A stretch of DNA of 64,000 bases, taken from sequence record NC_070963.1; one strand, 5' to 3'. This document shows, piece by piece, positions 64,000-64,000 of the stretch; within the stretch, counting starts at the first letter, position 1, and every line of letters starts with the position of its first letter. Below the pieces are notes generated by a model. That model did no database searches, was not told the origin of the DNA, and saw nothing but the letters and a program-made list of their open reading frames with translations. A program made the translations under genes and the position numbers.

Positions 64000-64000
64000 A

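Noticed and set aside
1-64000. CRISPR array, integrase, transposase, reverse transcriptase, photosystem genes
   Set aside because: No regularly spaced repeats or diagnostic motifs seen in this window

Overview
This window is a 64-kb, AT-rich, almost entirely plus-strand segment of a T4-like myovirus genome, most likely a cyanophage. The host inference rests on a cyanobacterial SLH-porin, Hsp20, MazG, a CobS-like ATPase and the typical cyanomyovirus gene order. It runs from the 3' end of gp16 through the packaging/head/tail core (gp17-18-19-20-21-22-23-3) and the recombination/replication core (uvsY, uvsW, gp55, gp47/46, gp45/44/62, regA, gp43, uvsX, gp41, gp61, nrdA/B). It ends in an accessory region with lysis-type enzymes, host-like genes (DUF218, Hc1-like, porin, Dps), structured RNA candidates and five of the seven tRNAs. 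T4-type late promoters (TATAAATA), sigma70-type promoters and intrinsic terminators are readable throughout. The most interesting signal is a set of late-expressed hypothetical proteins. Five start with a T4 capsid-targeting-sequence-like leader (MKxFxQFxxE), four share a paralogous acidic domain, and several look like polyproteins of small modules separated by prohead-protease-type (I/L/V)-x-E sites. Together these suggest a packaged-and-processed internal head cargo system. Other notable points are a duplicated promoter element firing antisense in both copies (one toward uvsW/uvsY), a possible -1 frameshift fusing two lysis enzymes, a DruA-like protein, and several ncRNA candidates. All family assignments come from motif recognition by eye; no database search was run.
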